64,000 nucleotides of DNA from Gammaproteobacteria bacterium (GTDB taxonomy: Bacteria > Pseudomonadota > Gammaproteobacteria > Ga0077536), in contig SHZM01000009.1 of NCBI GenBank assembly GCA_009692265.1, positions 1 to 64,000 of the forward strand, written 5' to 3'. A model generated the notes under the pieces. It ran no database searches and had not been told where the DNA came from. It saw only the letters and a list, made by a program, of their open reading frames with translations. Within the stretch, counting starts at the first letter, position 1; every line of letters begins with the position of its first letter. A program made the position numbers and the translations under genes. Of this stretch, positions 40,508 to 50,309 are shown piece by piece.

Positions 40508-41326
40508 TTATTCCCACCCGGGTGCTGAAGGTGAACTTTCCGCGGTGGAGAGTTCACCTGGCTTCTCGCGCACGACGCGCATTTTGCCGGCCTCAATTTT
40601 CCACATTTTGAGATCGCGCGTGACGACATACAGCGATACTTTATGGAGCAAGCTCAAGTACACATGCGTTTCCAGCGGGATATCGCTCAGATTCGCCCGA
40701 ATAGCCAGGCCACTAACGCCATCGGCGGCGCGTAGTTTTTCGAGATCGGTGGTAACGCAGGAAGTCGAGAGCGCATCGGCTTTACGCATGGTCTTGCCGT
40801 CGGCGCTCATGGAAAAGCGATGATGCCCGCCGATAGGGATCTCAGCCTTGTTCTCGGGCAACGCTAGTGCGTAAATCAATAAGCCATTGCCGCTGGGATC
40901 ATGCAGCGCCGCGCTGTCGTAATTCCGCGCGCAAGGCGTCCGCAGATACGGCTGGGCGATTTCGCGGGCCGCGACCTGGGCTTGTTGAAACGGTGTCAGA
41001 CGACGGTCGGTAGGCCGTTTGAGGACCGGCAGTAGCAAGTCGTTAAACTCCGCATCGACCACGGCCTCCATCGCGACGTCCCCGCGCTTGATGAAGCGCA
41101 CAACCGTGTGTTTCGCATCGCCATCGACGACCCAGGACACGATGCCTTCGGCCTGCGGATCGTAGTGTTCATCGACCATCTCGGCCGCGATCGAAGCGCG
41201 ACGGTCCAGTTCGTAAAGGGCACGGCCGAGTGCTTCGGTCTGTGCAAGCGAAAACGCCCGGATCTCGGCGGCGAGGCATTGGCCGCTGAAAATCGCCAAC
41301 AGGGCGAGAGCACAAAGTTGCGGCAT
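40508..41326 (-). CDS. secreted hypothetical protein
   Basis: Signal peptide MPQLCALALLAIFSGQCLA; no family was recognised. Confidence 0.4.
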   Translation of the reverse strand: MPQLCALALLAIFSGQCLAAEIRAFSLAQTEALGRALYELDRRASIAAEMVDEHYDPQAEGIVSWVVDGDAKHTVVRFIKRGDVAMEAVVDAEFNDLLLPVLKRPTDRRLTPFQQAQVAAREIAQPYLRTPCARNYDSAALHDPSGNGLLIYALALPENKAEIPIGGHHRFSMSADGKTMRKADALSTSCVTTDLEKLRAADGVSGLAIRANLSDIPLETHVYLSLLHKVSLYVVTRDLKMWKIEAGKMRVVREKPGELSTAESSPSAPGWE

Positions 41327-41565
41327 CTTGGTTCTGGTCCTGTGGGTGGATAGTAGTTTCAAGTGCTTCTCGCAGCGGTGATTGACGGTCTCATTCGATA
41401 CTTCGTATGGTGCGCCCTTAGTGGAAGCGAGCGATAAAAGCATTAAAGAAGCACCCTACACTGAGACCATTAAACGAGGGAAATATTCCATGAGCAAGGT
41501 CTATCGCGAATTGCCGAGCGAATATTTTCGCAAAGTCATGCAGGGCGAGGCCTGAGCGCGCCGCG

Positions 41566-41931
41566 GTGATGCATGCGCGCCTGACCACCTGTGTGATGCT
41601 TACTGCGCTCGCAATAGCCTTGCCGGCACGAGCCGAAGTCTCCGTCGGTGAATTGCTCCGCACTTGTCGAGCCGCGCTCCACGATAGGTACGAAGGTGTG
41701 GACGCCGCGATGTGTGATTGGTGGATTCGCCCGTGCGGGGTCTGTGGCCTTGAGCCAAAGTCGGTCGAGTGGTGCATTCCACAAACGATGCAGGATGCGG
41801 AGGTAGCAGCGAGGATCGTCAAGGAGCTCGAAGCGGCACCTGCGCTTGCCCCAGTGTCCGCGCGAAAGGTCGTCGCTAAGCTTTTAGCCGCGAACTACCC
41901 TTGTGCCGACCAACGCCCGCCGAGTCGCTAG
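41566..41931 (+). CDS. secreted Cys-rich hypothetical protein
   Basis: Signal peptide ending in ALPARA; 8 Cys in about 95 mature residues. Confidence 0.4.
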   Translation: MMHARLTTCVMLTALAIALPARAEVSVGELLRTCRAALHDRYEGVDAAMCDWWIRPCGVCGLEPKSVEWCIPQTMQDAEVAARIVKELEAAPALAPVSARKVVAKLLAANYPCADQRPPSR

Positions 41932-41949
41932 TCCGGCAGGGCCTGCAGC

Positions 41950-43521
41950 ATGAACTCTCCAACGAACCTCCTGCTGCAGCGATTACTTAACCCGATACTC
42001 CTGCTAATCGCTCTTCACGGAACAGCGGTGGGCGGCTTGGCATTCTTACTCTGGATGAACACTTCCGATTACGCCGGCCACTTGGTGTTACTCGATGCGC
42101 TGAAATTACTGCGCGATGTGGCATTGCGGCTAGCCTTCGTTGAATTACCCACTCGTTTGACCCCTGGCCAAAGCCGGTGGATCTTGGGTACGAGCGTTTT
42201 GTTGTTGATAGCCTGGGTGTACGTGTTTGTCCGCATCGTCGCCATGCTTCGGGATCCACTCTGGCGCAAAGCCTTCAGCCGACGACAGTTCACGCAACAA
42301 CTGCAAAATCGGGACGGGCCGTTCCTGCTGATCTGCGGGTATGGCGAGATTGGCAGCGCGCTAGTGGCGTTGCTTCACCTACAGCGGATCGACGCGGTGG
42401 TGATCGACTGTGACCCAGCTGCTTTAAAGGCGCTTGAGCACGCCGGAGTTAAACACGGCGTACCCGCGCTTCTGGCTGACGCGAGGAAGTCGTCTGAGTT
42501 ACTGCAAGCCGGACTACGTCATCCGCTATGCACGGGGCTCGCCGCGGTTACCGACAATGACGAAAAAAATGTCGAAATCTGTATGGCCGCGGTGGCGCTT
42601 AATTCACGGCTTCAAACCGCCTGTCACGCGCGCAGCGCGACAGCAGACTTAAAATGCGCTTCCTCAGAAACCTTGAAGATAGTCGATCCGTTCGACGTCT
42701 ATTGCGCCGAGATCGTTCTCGCGATTCGCCGCCCGCAACTTTATATGCTACACCGCTTGTTGGCTGACCTTCACGGCGATTACATACCCTCAGCGCAGCT
42801 TCCGCCGGGTGGACTATGGCTCGTCTGCGCTAGCGAGCCTTTAAGACAAGCCCTCGCGCAGCAATTGAGCAGGTCGGGTATTTCGAATCGGTTCGTCGAA
42901 TCCGCGCCCAGTTCGACGGCCGCGAGTGTTATGACCACGCCAGTGGGTTCCGGGACTGCCCCAAATTCCGACTCAATTGGACTCATCGTCAGCACGGATT
43001 CCGATCCCACAAACCTGGCAATTGCACGGGCGGCGCGCGCGGCCAATCCAGCAGTGTTTATCGTGGCTCGCCAGAATAACGCGGGGAATGCCGGTTTGTT
43101 TGCAGAAGCGGGCATCGATATAACGATTTCGCCGAGCCAACTTATCGCACGCCGAATCGTCGCGGACTGGCGCGACGCGCTCCAGCGACAGTTTTTTCGC
43201 TCGCTGAACAACAGCCAGAGAACTGGGCAGAAGCCCTGCGCCTACGCTTACGCGACGCCACGGCTGGCAGCGCAAACCGTCACGGCATCACGTACGGTAC
43301 GCGTCATGGGTCCAACTGTGTCCTGCGGGAACACCAGCATTGAGACGCCATCACGGCTAACGAGCCCCGGCGTGGAACGGATCCCCACTAAATTGTTGCA
43401 CGACGCAGGTAGGCGAATCGAACCGCCGCAATCCGAGCCTAGGCCAACGGCACCGAGGTTGGCCGCGACCGCCGCGCCGGTTCCCGCGCTGGAGCCACCA
43501 GGGTCACGGGTGAGATCATAG
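41950..43521 (+). CDS. membrane protein with RCK/TrkA-N NAD-binding domains (ion-channel-like); 3' end uncertain
   Basis: Two N-terminal transmembrane helices, then LLICGYGEIGSALVALL...VVIDCD (GxGxxG Rossmann) and a second Rossmann-like module. The last roughly 90 codons are antisense to the amidase fragment and are likely non-authentic. Confidence 0.5.
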   Translation: MNSPTNLLLQRLLNPILLLIALHGTAVGGLAFLLWMNTSDYAGHLVLLDALKLLRDVALRLAFVELPTRLTPGQSRWILGTSVLLLIAWVYVFVRIVAMLRDPLWRKAFSRRQFTQQLQNRDGPFLLICGYGEIGSALVALLHLQRIDAVVIDCDPAALKALEHAGVKHGVPALLADARKSSELLQAGLRHPLCTGLAAVTDNDEKNVEICMAAVALNSRLQTACHARSATADLKCASSETLKIVDPFDVYCAEIVLAIRRPQLYMLHRLLADLHGDYIPSAQLPPGGLWLVCASEPLRQALAQQLSRSGISNRFVESAPSSTAASVMTTPVGSGTAPNSDSIGLIVSTDSDPTNLAIARAARAANPAVFIVARQNNAGNAGLFAEAGIDITISPSQLIARRIVADWRDALQRQFFRSLNNSQRTGQKPCAYAYATPRLAAQTVTASRTVRVMGPTVSCGNTSIETPSRLTSPGVERIPTKLLHDAGRRIEPPQSEPRPTAPRLAATAAPVPALEPPGSRVRS

Positions 43522-44033
43522 GGGTTGCGAGTCTCTCCGCTCATCGACGAATACGCCCACCACGAGGTCGCAAAATCCGGCAAGGTTGATTTCGCCAACA
43601 CGATCGCACCCGCTTCGCGCAGCTTGCGGATGACCATTGCGTCGGTTTTCGGCTGGTAGTTCGCAAACGCAATGCTGCCGAACGTTGTTGGCAGTTCGCT
43701 GGTCTCAATATTGTCCTTCACGATGAAGGGAATGCCGTGCAAGGGCCCTTGCAACTTCCCAGTCCTTGCGAATGCTTTATCGAGTGCGATTGCCTGTGCG
43801 GTCGCTTGAGGATTAACGCGCACTATTGAATTAAGCCTTGGCCCCTTTTGGTCGAGCGCTTTGATGCGCTGCAGGTAACACTCAACCAGTTCGCGAGCAC
43901 TAATCTTGTGTGCCCGCAAGGCGCGATGAATCCCGCTGATGGTTGTCTCGTCGAGTTCAAACGGTCGAGGGCTTCTGGAGGTGGCCATGATAACTTTCGT
44001 TAGAGTGTGCTGCTCGACCATAGGGCCGACCAA
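43248..44033 (-). pseudogene. amidase (amidase-signature family), C-terminally truncated fragment
   Basis: Amidase-signature sequence GGSSAGTGAAVAANLGAVGLGSDCGGSIRLPAS is present, but the ORF ends about 40 aa later (261 aa versus about 470 expected). No continuation was found in other frames. Confidence 0.6.
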
Positions 44034-44072
44034 GCTAAGAGTCTATCTCCAATGCAGTCCGTGTTTTAGCGT

Positions 44073-44717
44073 TCAGCCGACGAAAGCTTCATCGATGCCC
44101 TGCCGCAGCGCGAAACGAACAAGATCAGCCGTGGTCGACAACCCCAATTTTTGCAATAACCGTGTGCGGTGGGTGCTCACCGTTTTCACGCTTAAGTGGA
44201 GCTCGTTCGCAATCTGCGTGGAGCCCTTGCCGGTCACGATCATTTGAAAAATCTGATACTCACGATCGGAAAGATCCTCGAGACTCGCTTCCTCCCGCTT
44301 GCGGTTCACTGCTACTTTTAGCAACGTACCGACGCTGGGGGTGATATACGTACCGCCGCTAGCCAACGCCCGCACCGCCGCGATAATTTCGTCTGGATCC
44401 GCACCTTTATGCAGGTACCCCGCCGCGCCGGAACGCAATGTTCGAACTGCGTAGTGCTCTTCGGGAAACCGCGTGTACAGCAAAACCGGGAGCTTTTCGT
44501 GCCGCGCGACGATATCGCGCAGAACTTCAATGCCGTGCTTTCCCGGCATTGAAATATCGAGGATCGCGACATCGAACTCGGCCTTCGCCAACGCGGCTAA
44601 CGCCTCTTCGCCGTTTCTAGCAGCGCTGATGATCTTGATGTCGTCAGTGTCCGCGAAGACATGACTCAGACCGGCCTGAACCAGCGGGTGATCATCGATA
44701 ACAAGAATTCGAATCAT
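44073..44717 (-). CDS. two-component response regulator, NarL/FixJ (LuxR) family
   Basis: Receiver domain (DDHPLV...D54-like) plus a C-terminal LuxR helix-turn-helix. Confidence 0.85.
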   Translation of the reverse strand: MIRILVIDDHPLVQAGLSHVFADTDDIKIISAARNGEEALAALAKAEFDVAILDISMPGKHGIEVLRDIVARHEKLPVLLYTRFPEEHYAVRTLRSGAAGYLHKGADPDEIIAAVRALASGGTYITPSVGTLLKVAVNRKREEASLEDLSDREYQIFQMIVTGKGSTQIANELHLSVKTVSTHRTRLLQKLGLSTTADLVRFALRQGIDEAFVG

Positions 44718-44734
44718 GCGAGCCTCACGGGTAG

Positions 44735-47068
44735 TTAGAGAATTCCGGGCAGAGTCACAGCGAGCCGGGTACCGCGCGGTACGGCCGGGGTTAGGCTTAG
44801 TTTGCCGCCGAGTTGGTTGATCCGCGCTTGCAAGCCGCGGATCCCGAATGCCTTCACGGTGCTCAACGCGTCGACTGTGAAACCACGACCGTTATCGACG
44901 ACCAAGAGCGACATTCGGTCTTGTTGCAGTGAAAAGGTGACTTTAACTTCACTCGCCGCGGCGTGTTTCGCGACGTTCGTCAAACTCTCCTGGAGGCAGC
45001 GGAATAAAGTGAGCGACGAATTCTCATTCACCGGCGTGTTCTCATTCGGGAGCGTAGGTAGGCAGCGGATCCCAGTGCGTTTCTCGAATTCCGCGATATA
45101 CCACTGCATGGTAGCCACGAGCCCTAAATGGTTCAGCATCTGCGGGTGCAAGCCATTGACTATGTCATCAAGGGCTTTGCCTGCATTGGCAATCATCTCT
45201 TTGGTGCTGAGTACAATTTCGCGCGCTTGCAGCGGCGCACCGTCTAACATACTCGCGAGGCGGGAAAGACTTAAATTCGCGGCCGTGAACACTGCACCGA
45301 ATTCGTCATGCATCTCGCGAGAAATTCGGCGGCGATCCTCCTCCTGTAAGTTCTGCAAATAACGGGTGAGCTCCCCAAGCTCATCGCGCGAGGCCGCGAG
45401 TTGCGCTTCGATGTGCTTACGCTCCGTGATGTCCTGAACGGTCCCGATAATCGCGACCGCGCTACCGTCCGGCGCGTGCACGGTTTCTGCGACGCTGTGA
45501 ATAGAGAGTTCACGGCCGCCAGCTGCGATAATTTTGAAATCGATCGCATGCGGTGCCGCACCGACGAAGGTCGAATTAAACGCGCCGCTTACCGCGGCAC
45601 GGTCACTAGCATGAACAAAGGTGAGAAAGTAACGAAATGACATTGGGGTCGCGGCGTCGATCCCAAGTATTTCGTAGATCGCGCTAGACCAAGTCTCGGG
45701 CCCGGTACGCAAATCCCAGCGCCAGCTCGCGATCCGTGCAATGCGTTGCGCCTGAGTGAGATTGGTTTCACTCCGAGTTAACCGCGAATGCAGGCGTCGT
45801 TCTTCGGTGATATCTCGGCAGACGCCCGTCATCAACTGCACGTCGTCGTCCGTGAGATGAAGCTCCCCGAGCGAATGGATGATCCGCTCGGCGCCATCGA
45901 GCGGACGCACGATGCGAAAGATCATGTCGTAGGGCTGGTCCTGGGTCAAGGTTGCGTTGATCGCCTGCGCGACCGCAGCGTGATCGTCACGATGGATATA
46001 TTCGAGCAACGACGCGAGCGGTAGTGGTCCGTCCTGAACCACCCCGAAAATTCTCCGCGCTTCATCCGACCAAATCGCGCGTCCCGTATTCGGCTCCCAC
46101 TCCCAGCTGCCGACTTGTGCAATTCGTTGCGCGTGCGCGAAATTCGCCTCGCTACGACCTAGCGCTAATTCCGCTTGTTTGCGCTCGGTGATGTCATAGG
46201 ACGTCCCGGTCATCATCAGCGGGGTACCATCAGCGGCGTATTCCGACAGGAGCCCTTCAACATGGACATAGCGCTCTTCGCCGCTTGGTCGCAGGATACG
46301 AAAATCGTACTTGAGTTCCGCGCCAGTTCGGATCGCCGCGGCCAATCCGGCGCGAAACCGTTCACCGTGAACTGGATGAAACAAGTGCATCACGGCAGAG
46401 AAAGTGGGGGTGAAGCTACGTGGTTCTAAACCAAAAATGCGGTAACACTCAGCTGACCATGTCACATCGTCAGTGCTTAGGTCCCATTCCCACGATCCGA
46501 GGTGGGCCAGCGCCTGAGCCGCTGCAAAGCGGGCTTCGCTGAGCTGCAAGGCCTCCTCGGCGAGCTTGCGCGCGGTGATATCACGACCGATGCCGATAAC
46601 CCCCACGATCTGGCCCGTATCGTCGCGTACCGGGGCCTTGGTCGTATAGATCCACTTTATACGCTGATTGTCCGGCGCTTTAATTTCGTAGCTCGTGCAC
46701 TCGCCGGTATTTAAAACCAGGGCGTCCGTGGCAGTCACGACGCGGGCCGCCTCGCTCGACAACAAGTCAAAATCCGTACGACCAACGATGTCTTCGATTG
46801 GCCGCTGAAAGAAATCGGCCACGGCCGCGTTCAGCATAAGGTAACGACCCGCTCTATCCTTTACAAAAACACGGTCGTCCGTGCCTGAAAAAATTGCCGA
46901 GAGTAACTTGTAGCTTTCTTGCGCTGGGACAGAAGTCGCGGAGAATTGCGGCAGGACACGCTCGGGATTGGTGACGGTTTTCATACTGTCAGCGACAAGC
47001 AATGAAGGCTCGGTTTGGAAGGCGCGAGGCACGGCAGCAGATGTTACATCAACGCCTACTGGATCCAA
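44735..47068 (-). CDS. multi-PAS sensor histidine kinase (HisKA_3/HATPase_c, NarX-like output)
   Basis: At least four PAS/PAC repeats followed by an H-box (EMHDEFGAVF) and an ATPase domain (VVDNGRGF). It is adjacent to the LuxR-family regulator. Confidence 0.8.
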   Translation of the reverse strand: MDPVGVDVTSAAVPRAFQTEPSLLVADSMKTVTNPERVLPQFSATSVPAQESYKLLSAIFSGTDDRVFVKDRAGRYLMLNAAVADFFQRPIEDIVGRTDFDLLSSEAARVVTATDALVLNTGECTSYEIKAPDNQRIKWIYTTKAPVRDDTGQIVGVIGIGRDITARKLAEEALQLSEARFAAAQALAHLGSWEWDLSTDDVTWSAECYRIFGLEPRSFTPTFSAVMHLFHPVHGERFRAGLAAAIRTGAELKYDFRILRPSGEERYVHVEGLLSEYAADGTPLMMTGTSYDITERKQAELALGRSEANFAHAQRIAQVGSWEWEPNTGRAIWSDEARRIFGVVQDGPLPLASLLEYIHRDDHAAVAQAINATLTQDQPYDMIFRIVRPLDGAERIIHSLGELHLTDDDVQLMTGVCRDITEERRLHSRLTRSETNLTQAQRIARIASWRWDLRTGPETWSSAIYEILGIDAATPMSFRYFLTFVHASDRAAVSGAFNSTFVGAAPHAIDFKIIAAGGRELSIHSVAETVHAPDGSAVAIIGTVQDITERKHIEAQLAASRDELGELTRYLQNLQEEDRRRISREMHDEFGAVFTAANLSLSRLASMLDGAPLQAREIVLSTKEMIANAGKALDDIVNGLHPQMLNHLGLVATMQWYIAEFEKRTGIRCLPTLPNENTPVNENSSLTLFRCLQESLTNVAKHAAASEVKVTFSLQQDRMSLLVVDNGRGFTVDALSTVKAFGIRGLQARINQLGGKLSLTPAVPRGTRLAVTLPGIL

Positions 47069-47169
47069 CTGTAGGACGAATCTTAGAACTTTCCAGGAAA
47101 GGCGGGAAGCTTATTTCCCGCTTTCGCTGTCCGGATCCGGAGGAAATTCAATGAAGCCGCAAATAAGAC

Positions 47170-48063
47170 TCAAGAGACGAGTAAATAAATGGAATCGACA
47201 AATAGCCGGTCAACTTCATCCATCAGTGCGTCGTTGGTGCAGTTAATCGTAATACCGAAACGCTCCAGCAAAGATCCATCACAAGGGTCATCGCGCGAGG
47301 GCATTTCGCAGAAACTTCCGGTGCCAGAGAAATTCGCGATGATATCCGAGACTTTTAGAATTGCCGCGTCGATTGGAGCGGACCGCGCACGGTGTGGCGT
47401 ATGGTGCCAGCTGATCGCGTCGACGAGGGCCTCTGGTAGGCGCCAGTGCGCGAGCATTAATCCAGCCAAATAGGCGTGGTCGAATCCCAGTTTCGCCTGT
47501 TCAAGTCGATACAGCTCATCTTCATTACCATTTGCTTCGCGAATCACTGCTTCGGCGATTTCCGGGAAGCGCTTATTGATTACCAATGTTCCGATGTCGT
47601 GCAGAACTCCTGCGACAAACAAACGTTCCGGATGCAGAACATGGGCGTGCCGCGCTAGGGTTTGCGCGGTCAACCCGGTGTACACCGCGTGTCGCCAAAA
47701 CGCATTCATATTCGTAACCGCGCTAGACAGTTTCGAAAAACTCTGTACCGCGCACAGTGCGTTGACGATCTTCTGCAGTTCACGGATCCCTAAAATCGAG
47801 ACCGCGCGGGACACTGTATCGACCTTGCTTGGCAGGCCGTAAAACGAGCTATTGGCGAGTTTGAGTACTTTAACGGTTAGGCTTGGATCACGAATGACAA
47901 CCGCTGCGATATCCTCGGTTGACGCGCGGTCATCGGCGACAAGTTCGTTAATTTTGACGCACACGTCCGGTGGTGAGACCAGCGCGGCGGTATCTTCGAT
48001 CAACCCGCGTGCGACAAGCTCACCGGGAGTGGTTTCTGCTAAAGCTTCAGCGGGCACGCTCAC
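47170..48063 (-). CDS. HDOD domain signalling protein
   Basis: 297 aa with HDOD architecture (LHDIG, HD-like residues). Confidence 0.6.
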   Translation of the reverse strand: MSVPAEALAETTPGELVARGLIEDTAALVSPPDVCVKINELVADDRASTEDIAAVVIRDPSLTVKVLKLANSSFYGLPSKVDTVSRAVSILGIRELQKIVNALCAVQSFSKLSSAVTNMNAFWRHAVYTGLTAQTLARHAHVLHPERLFVAGVLHDIGTLVINKRFPEIAEAVIREANGNEDELYRLEQAKLGFDHAYLAGLMLAHWRLPEALVDAISWHHTPHRARSAPIDAAILKVSDIIANFSGTGSFCEMPSRDDPCDGSLLERFGITINCTNDALMDEVDRLFVDSIYLLVS

Positions 48064-48521
48064 TATCGGAGACCTTTAGTTCTGGTACTAGACGAAGTTG
48101 TCGGCAGAGGAGTTCGAAACTTAACCCCGGTTATGGCTGGCGGGACTGCGAGCGATGGCAGCCTCTGGTTAATCTTAGAAACGGCAGCTGACCGCTGTCG
48201 AGCATGGGTAAGTCCGTGAAAAAGAATAATTTTACCGTTCAAATGGGTGCCACCTTTTGGGTGAAGGCGCGATGCCGCGCGCATGGCGGCGTTGCAACTA
48301 GGAGGATGTGCTGGCTATTCCTCCTCCTCGCGCCTTGCCCTGCACATCAGGGAACACACTGCACGCGGCGTTCAACTGCCGTTTCTAGGTTAATCGGTTA
48401 GGAGTGAATCTCGGCTAGGTGATCCGACACTTCGGCGCCGGGCAAGCGGCAGCGCGGCCATGGCGGGTCTGGAAGGCTTGGAGAGGCGGTAGTTGCCGTC
48501 TCTCCGAGCCTGAGGCAGTTG

Positions 48522-48986
48522 TTACGCGGCGGCTGCTTGGTGCTTACGCGCTTCGTGCGCGGCCTGGAGCCGGCGCAGCTCCTCCCAACCGAGATAGCCG
48601 GTGAAGCCATTGTCATCGAAGAACAGCACGGGGCCGTCGCAGATGAACAAGTATTCGGTATCTTCGAGCGCGGTAGTGGCACCGTGGATCATGCCGTTCG
48701 GTTCATACACGTAATCGCCAGTGTTCAGCACACCGTCGCGCACCTGCAACTTTCCTTTCAGGATGAAGGTGTGCGACGCAGCCAAGTGCTTGTGCTGAGG
48801 CGCGACGAAGCCCTTCAACCAGCGGAAGTGCACGGCCCAGCGGCCGCTCTCGGCACCGGTGTAGAGTACCTTGATGAAGGCACGCTGTGGGTCCATCGGT
48901 TGCGGGATCCATTCGGCTTCGTTTCCACGCACCAAGGTATCCATCAGCTCGGAATTAATGGGAGAGATGTTTTGTGGCATTGCCAT
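48522..48986 (-). CDS. cupin-domain protein (ChrR-like cupin)
   Basis: Small beta-barrel cupin core. GGAGAT ribosome-binding site precedes the start at 48986; the ORF-track start further upstream overlaps the LLM monooxygenase gene and is unlikely. Confidence 0.5.
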   Translation of the reverse strand: MAMPQNISPINSELMDTLVRGNEAEWIPQPMDPQRAFIKVLYTGAESGRWAVHFRWLKGFVAPQHKHLAASHTFILKGKLQVRDGVLNTGDYVYEPNGMIHGATTALEDTEYLFICDGPVLFFDDNGFTGYLGWEELRRLQAAHEARKHQAAAA

Positions 48987-49008
48987 GGGTGATCTCCGAA
49001 GTTCGTTG

Positions 49009-50145
49009 TTAATGTGAACCGACGGCGCGTAGGAACGCCGGGGCGTGATCGTCTTCAATATCAAAGGCCGGGCGTGAACCCAGCTTTTTGACTTCCGGCA
49101 TTACTTCCTTGGCGAACAGGGTCATGTTCGCGCGCGACTGTTCAAGCGACATGCCGGCATAGCCGAATACCCCGGTGAAGCCGCAGCAATCCGTGCGGGA
49201 ATGGATGTCCTTGATTTTTTCCAGGCACTGCTCGGGAGTGCCCCAGACTTGCAGGCCCATGAAGAAATCGGCCATGCCATCGACGCCCATGGTTTCCAGG
49301 GTGTGATTGAGTTGGCTGTAGTACTCGTAACCCTTTGTGGTCGCGAAATGGTTGCTCTGCATTTCGTAATGCTTGACCACCGAACGCCAGTAACCGGCGA
49401 TGTATTTGCGCGCCATCTCCTCGGCCTTGCCAGCATCGTTATCGCACATCACCCAGCCCGCGACATAGGGGCGGGGCGCGGCGCGGCCATGCATCTGCTG
49501 GAATAGATCGTTGTAGTCCTTGAGTTCCTGCGCGTGCACTTCCCACGGTTTCTGCGGAATTACCAGGATGCCGATCCCGAGCTTGGCCATGATCTGAGAG
49601 GATTCGGCTGAAATCGCGGCGGCGTAGGTACGGTTCTTAAAGCTCTTGAACGGTTCCGGCCGAATACGGGCGCGCGGCTGTTTAATATGTTTGCCGTCGT
49701 ATTCGCAATAACCTTGTTCCAGGCCCTGCAATACCATCTCCGCGCTTTCGACGAACCGTTCGCGCGAATCTCCCATGTTGACCCGGAAACCTTCGAATTC
49801 CACGCGGGCAAGGCCGCGTCCGATACCGAAGATCACGCGGCCGTCGCTCATGGAATCGAGCATCGACATTTTCTCGGCGACCCGCATCGGGTCATTCCAC
49901 GGCAACACCACGACCATCGTCCCGAGCTTAATCTTGCGGCAGGCACCACCAATGAAGCTCAAGAAATCCACGACATCGGGCATCATCGTGTAATCGGTAA
50001 AGTGATGTTCGATTCCCCACACCGATTCAAACCCGAGACTCTCTGCCATCAGCGCGATCTTCATGTCTTTTTGGTAGACCGAATAATCACTTACGCCAGC
50101 ATCATTCTCGGGGTTCTGGAAAATTGACGACATACCTACATGCAT
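49009..50145 (-). CDS. LLM-class (luciferase-like) flavin-dependent oxidoreductase
   Basis: TIM-barrel LLM motifs (GIEHHF, VVLPWN). GGAGG ribosome-binding site precedes the start at 50145. Confidence 0.75.
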   Translation of the reverse strand: MHVGMSSIFQNPENDAGVSDYSVYQKDMKIALMAESLGFESVWGIEHHFTDYTMMPDVVDFLSFIGGACRKIKLGTMVVVLPWNDPMRVAEKMSMLDSMSDGRVIFGIGRGLARVEFEGFRVNMGDSRERFVESAEMVLQGLEQGYCEYDGKHIKQPRARIRPEPFKSFKNRTYAAAISAESSQIMAKLGIGILVIPQKPWEVHAQELKDYNDLFQQMHGRAAPRPYVAGWVMCDNDAGKAEEMARKYIAGYWRSVVKHYEMQSNHFATTKGYEYYSQLNHTLETMGVDGMADFFMGLQVWGTPEQCLEKIKDIHSRTDCCGFTGVFGYAGMSLEQSRANMTLFAKEVMPEVKKLGSRPAFDIEDDHAPAFLRAVGSH

Positions 50146-50309
50146 CTTAATACCTCCAATTTGCGGCCAGGCTGACGCCACGCAGGTCGTCGAGCCGGGT
50201 TATTTATTCACGATAATGAGCACGAAATCTTAGTCGGATAGTGTCCCAAACGGTGTTAAAACGCCATGCTTCAGCAGCACGGACACCTAACCGCGGGGGC
50301 GGATCAACG

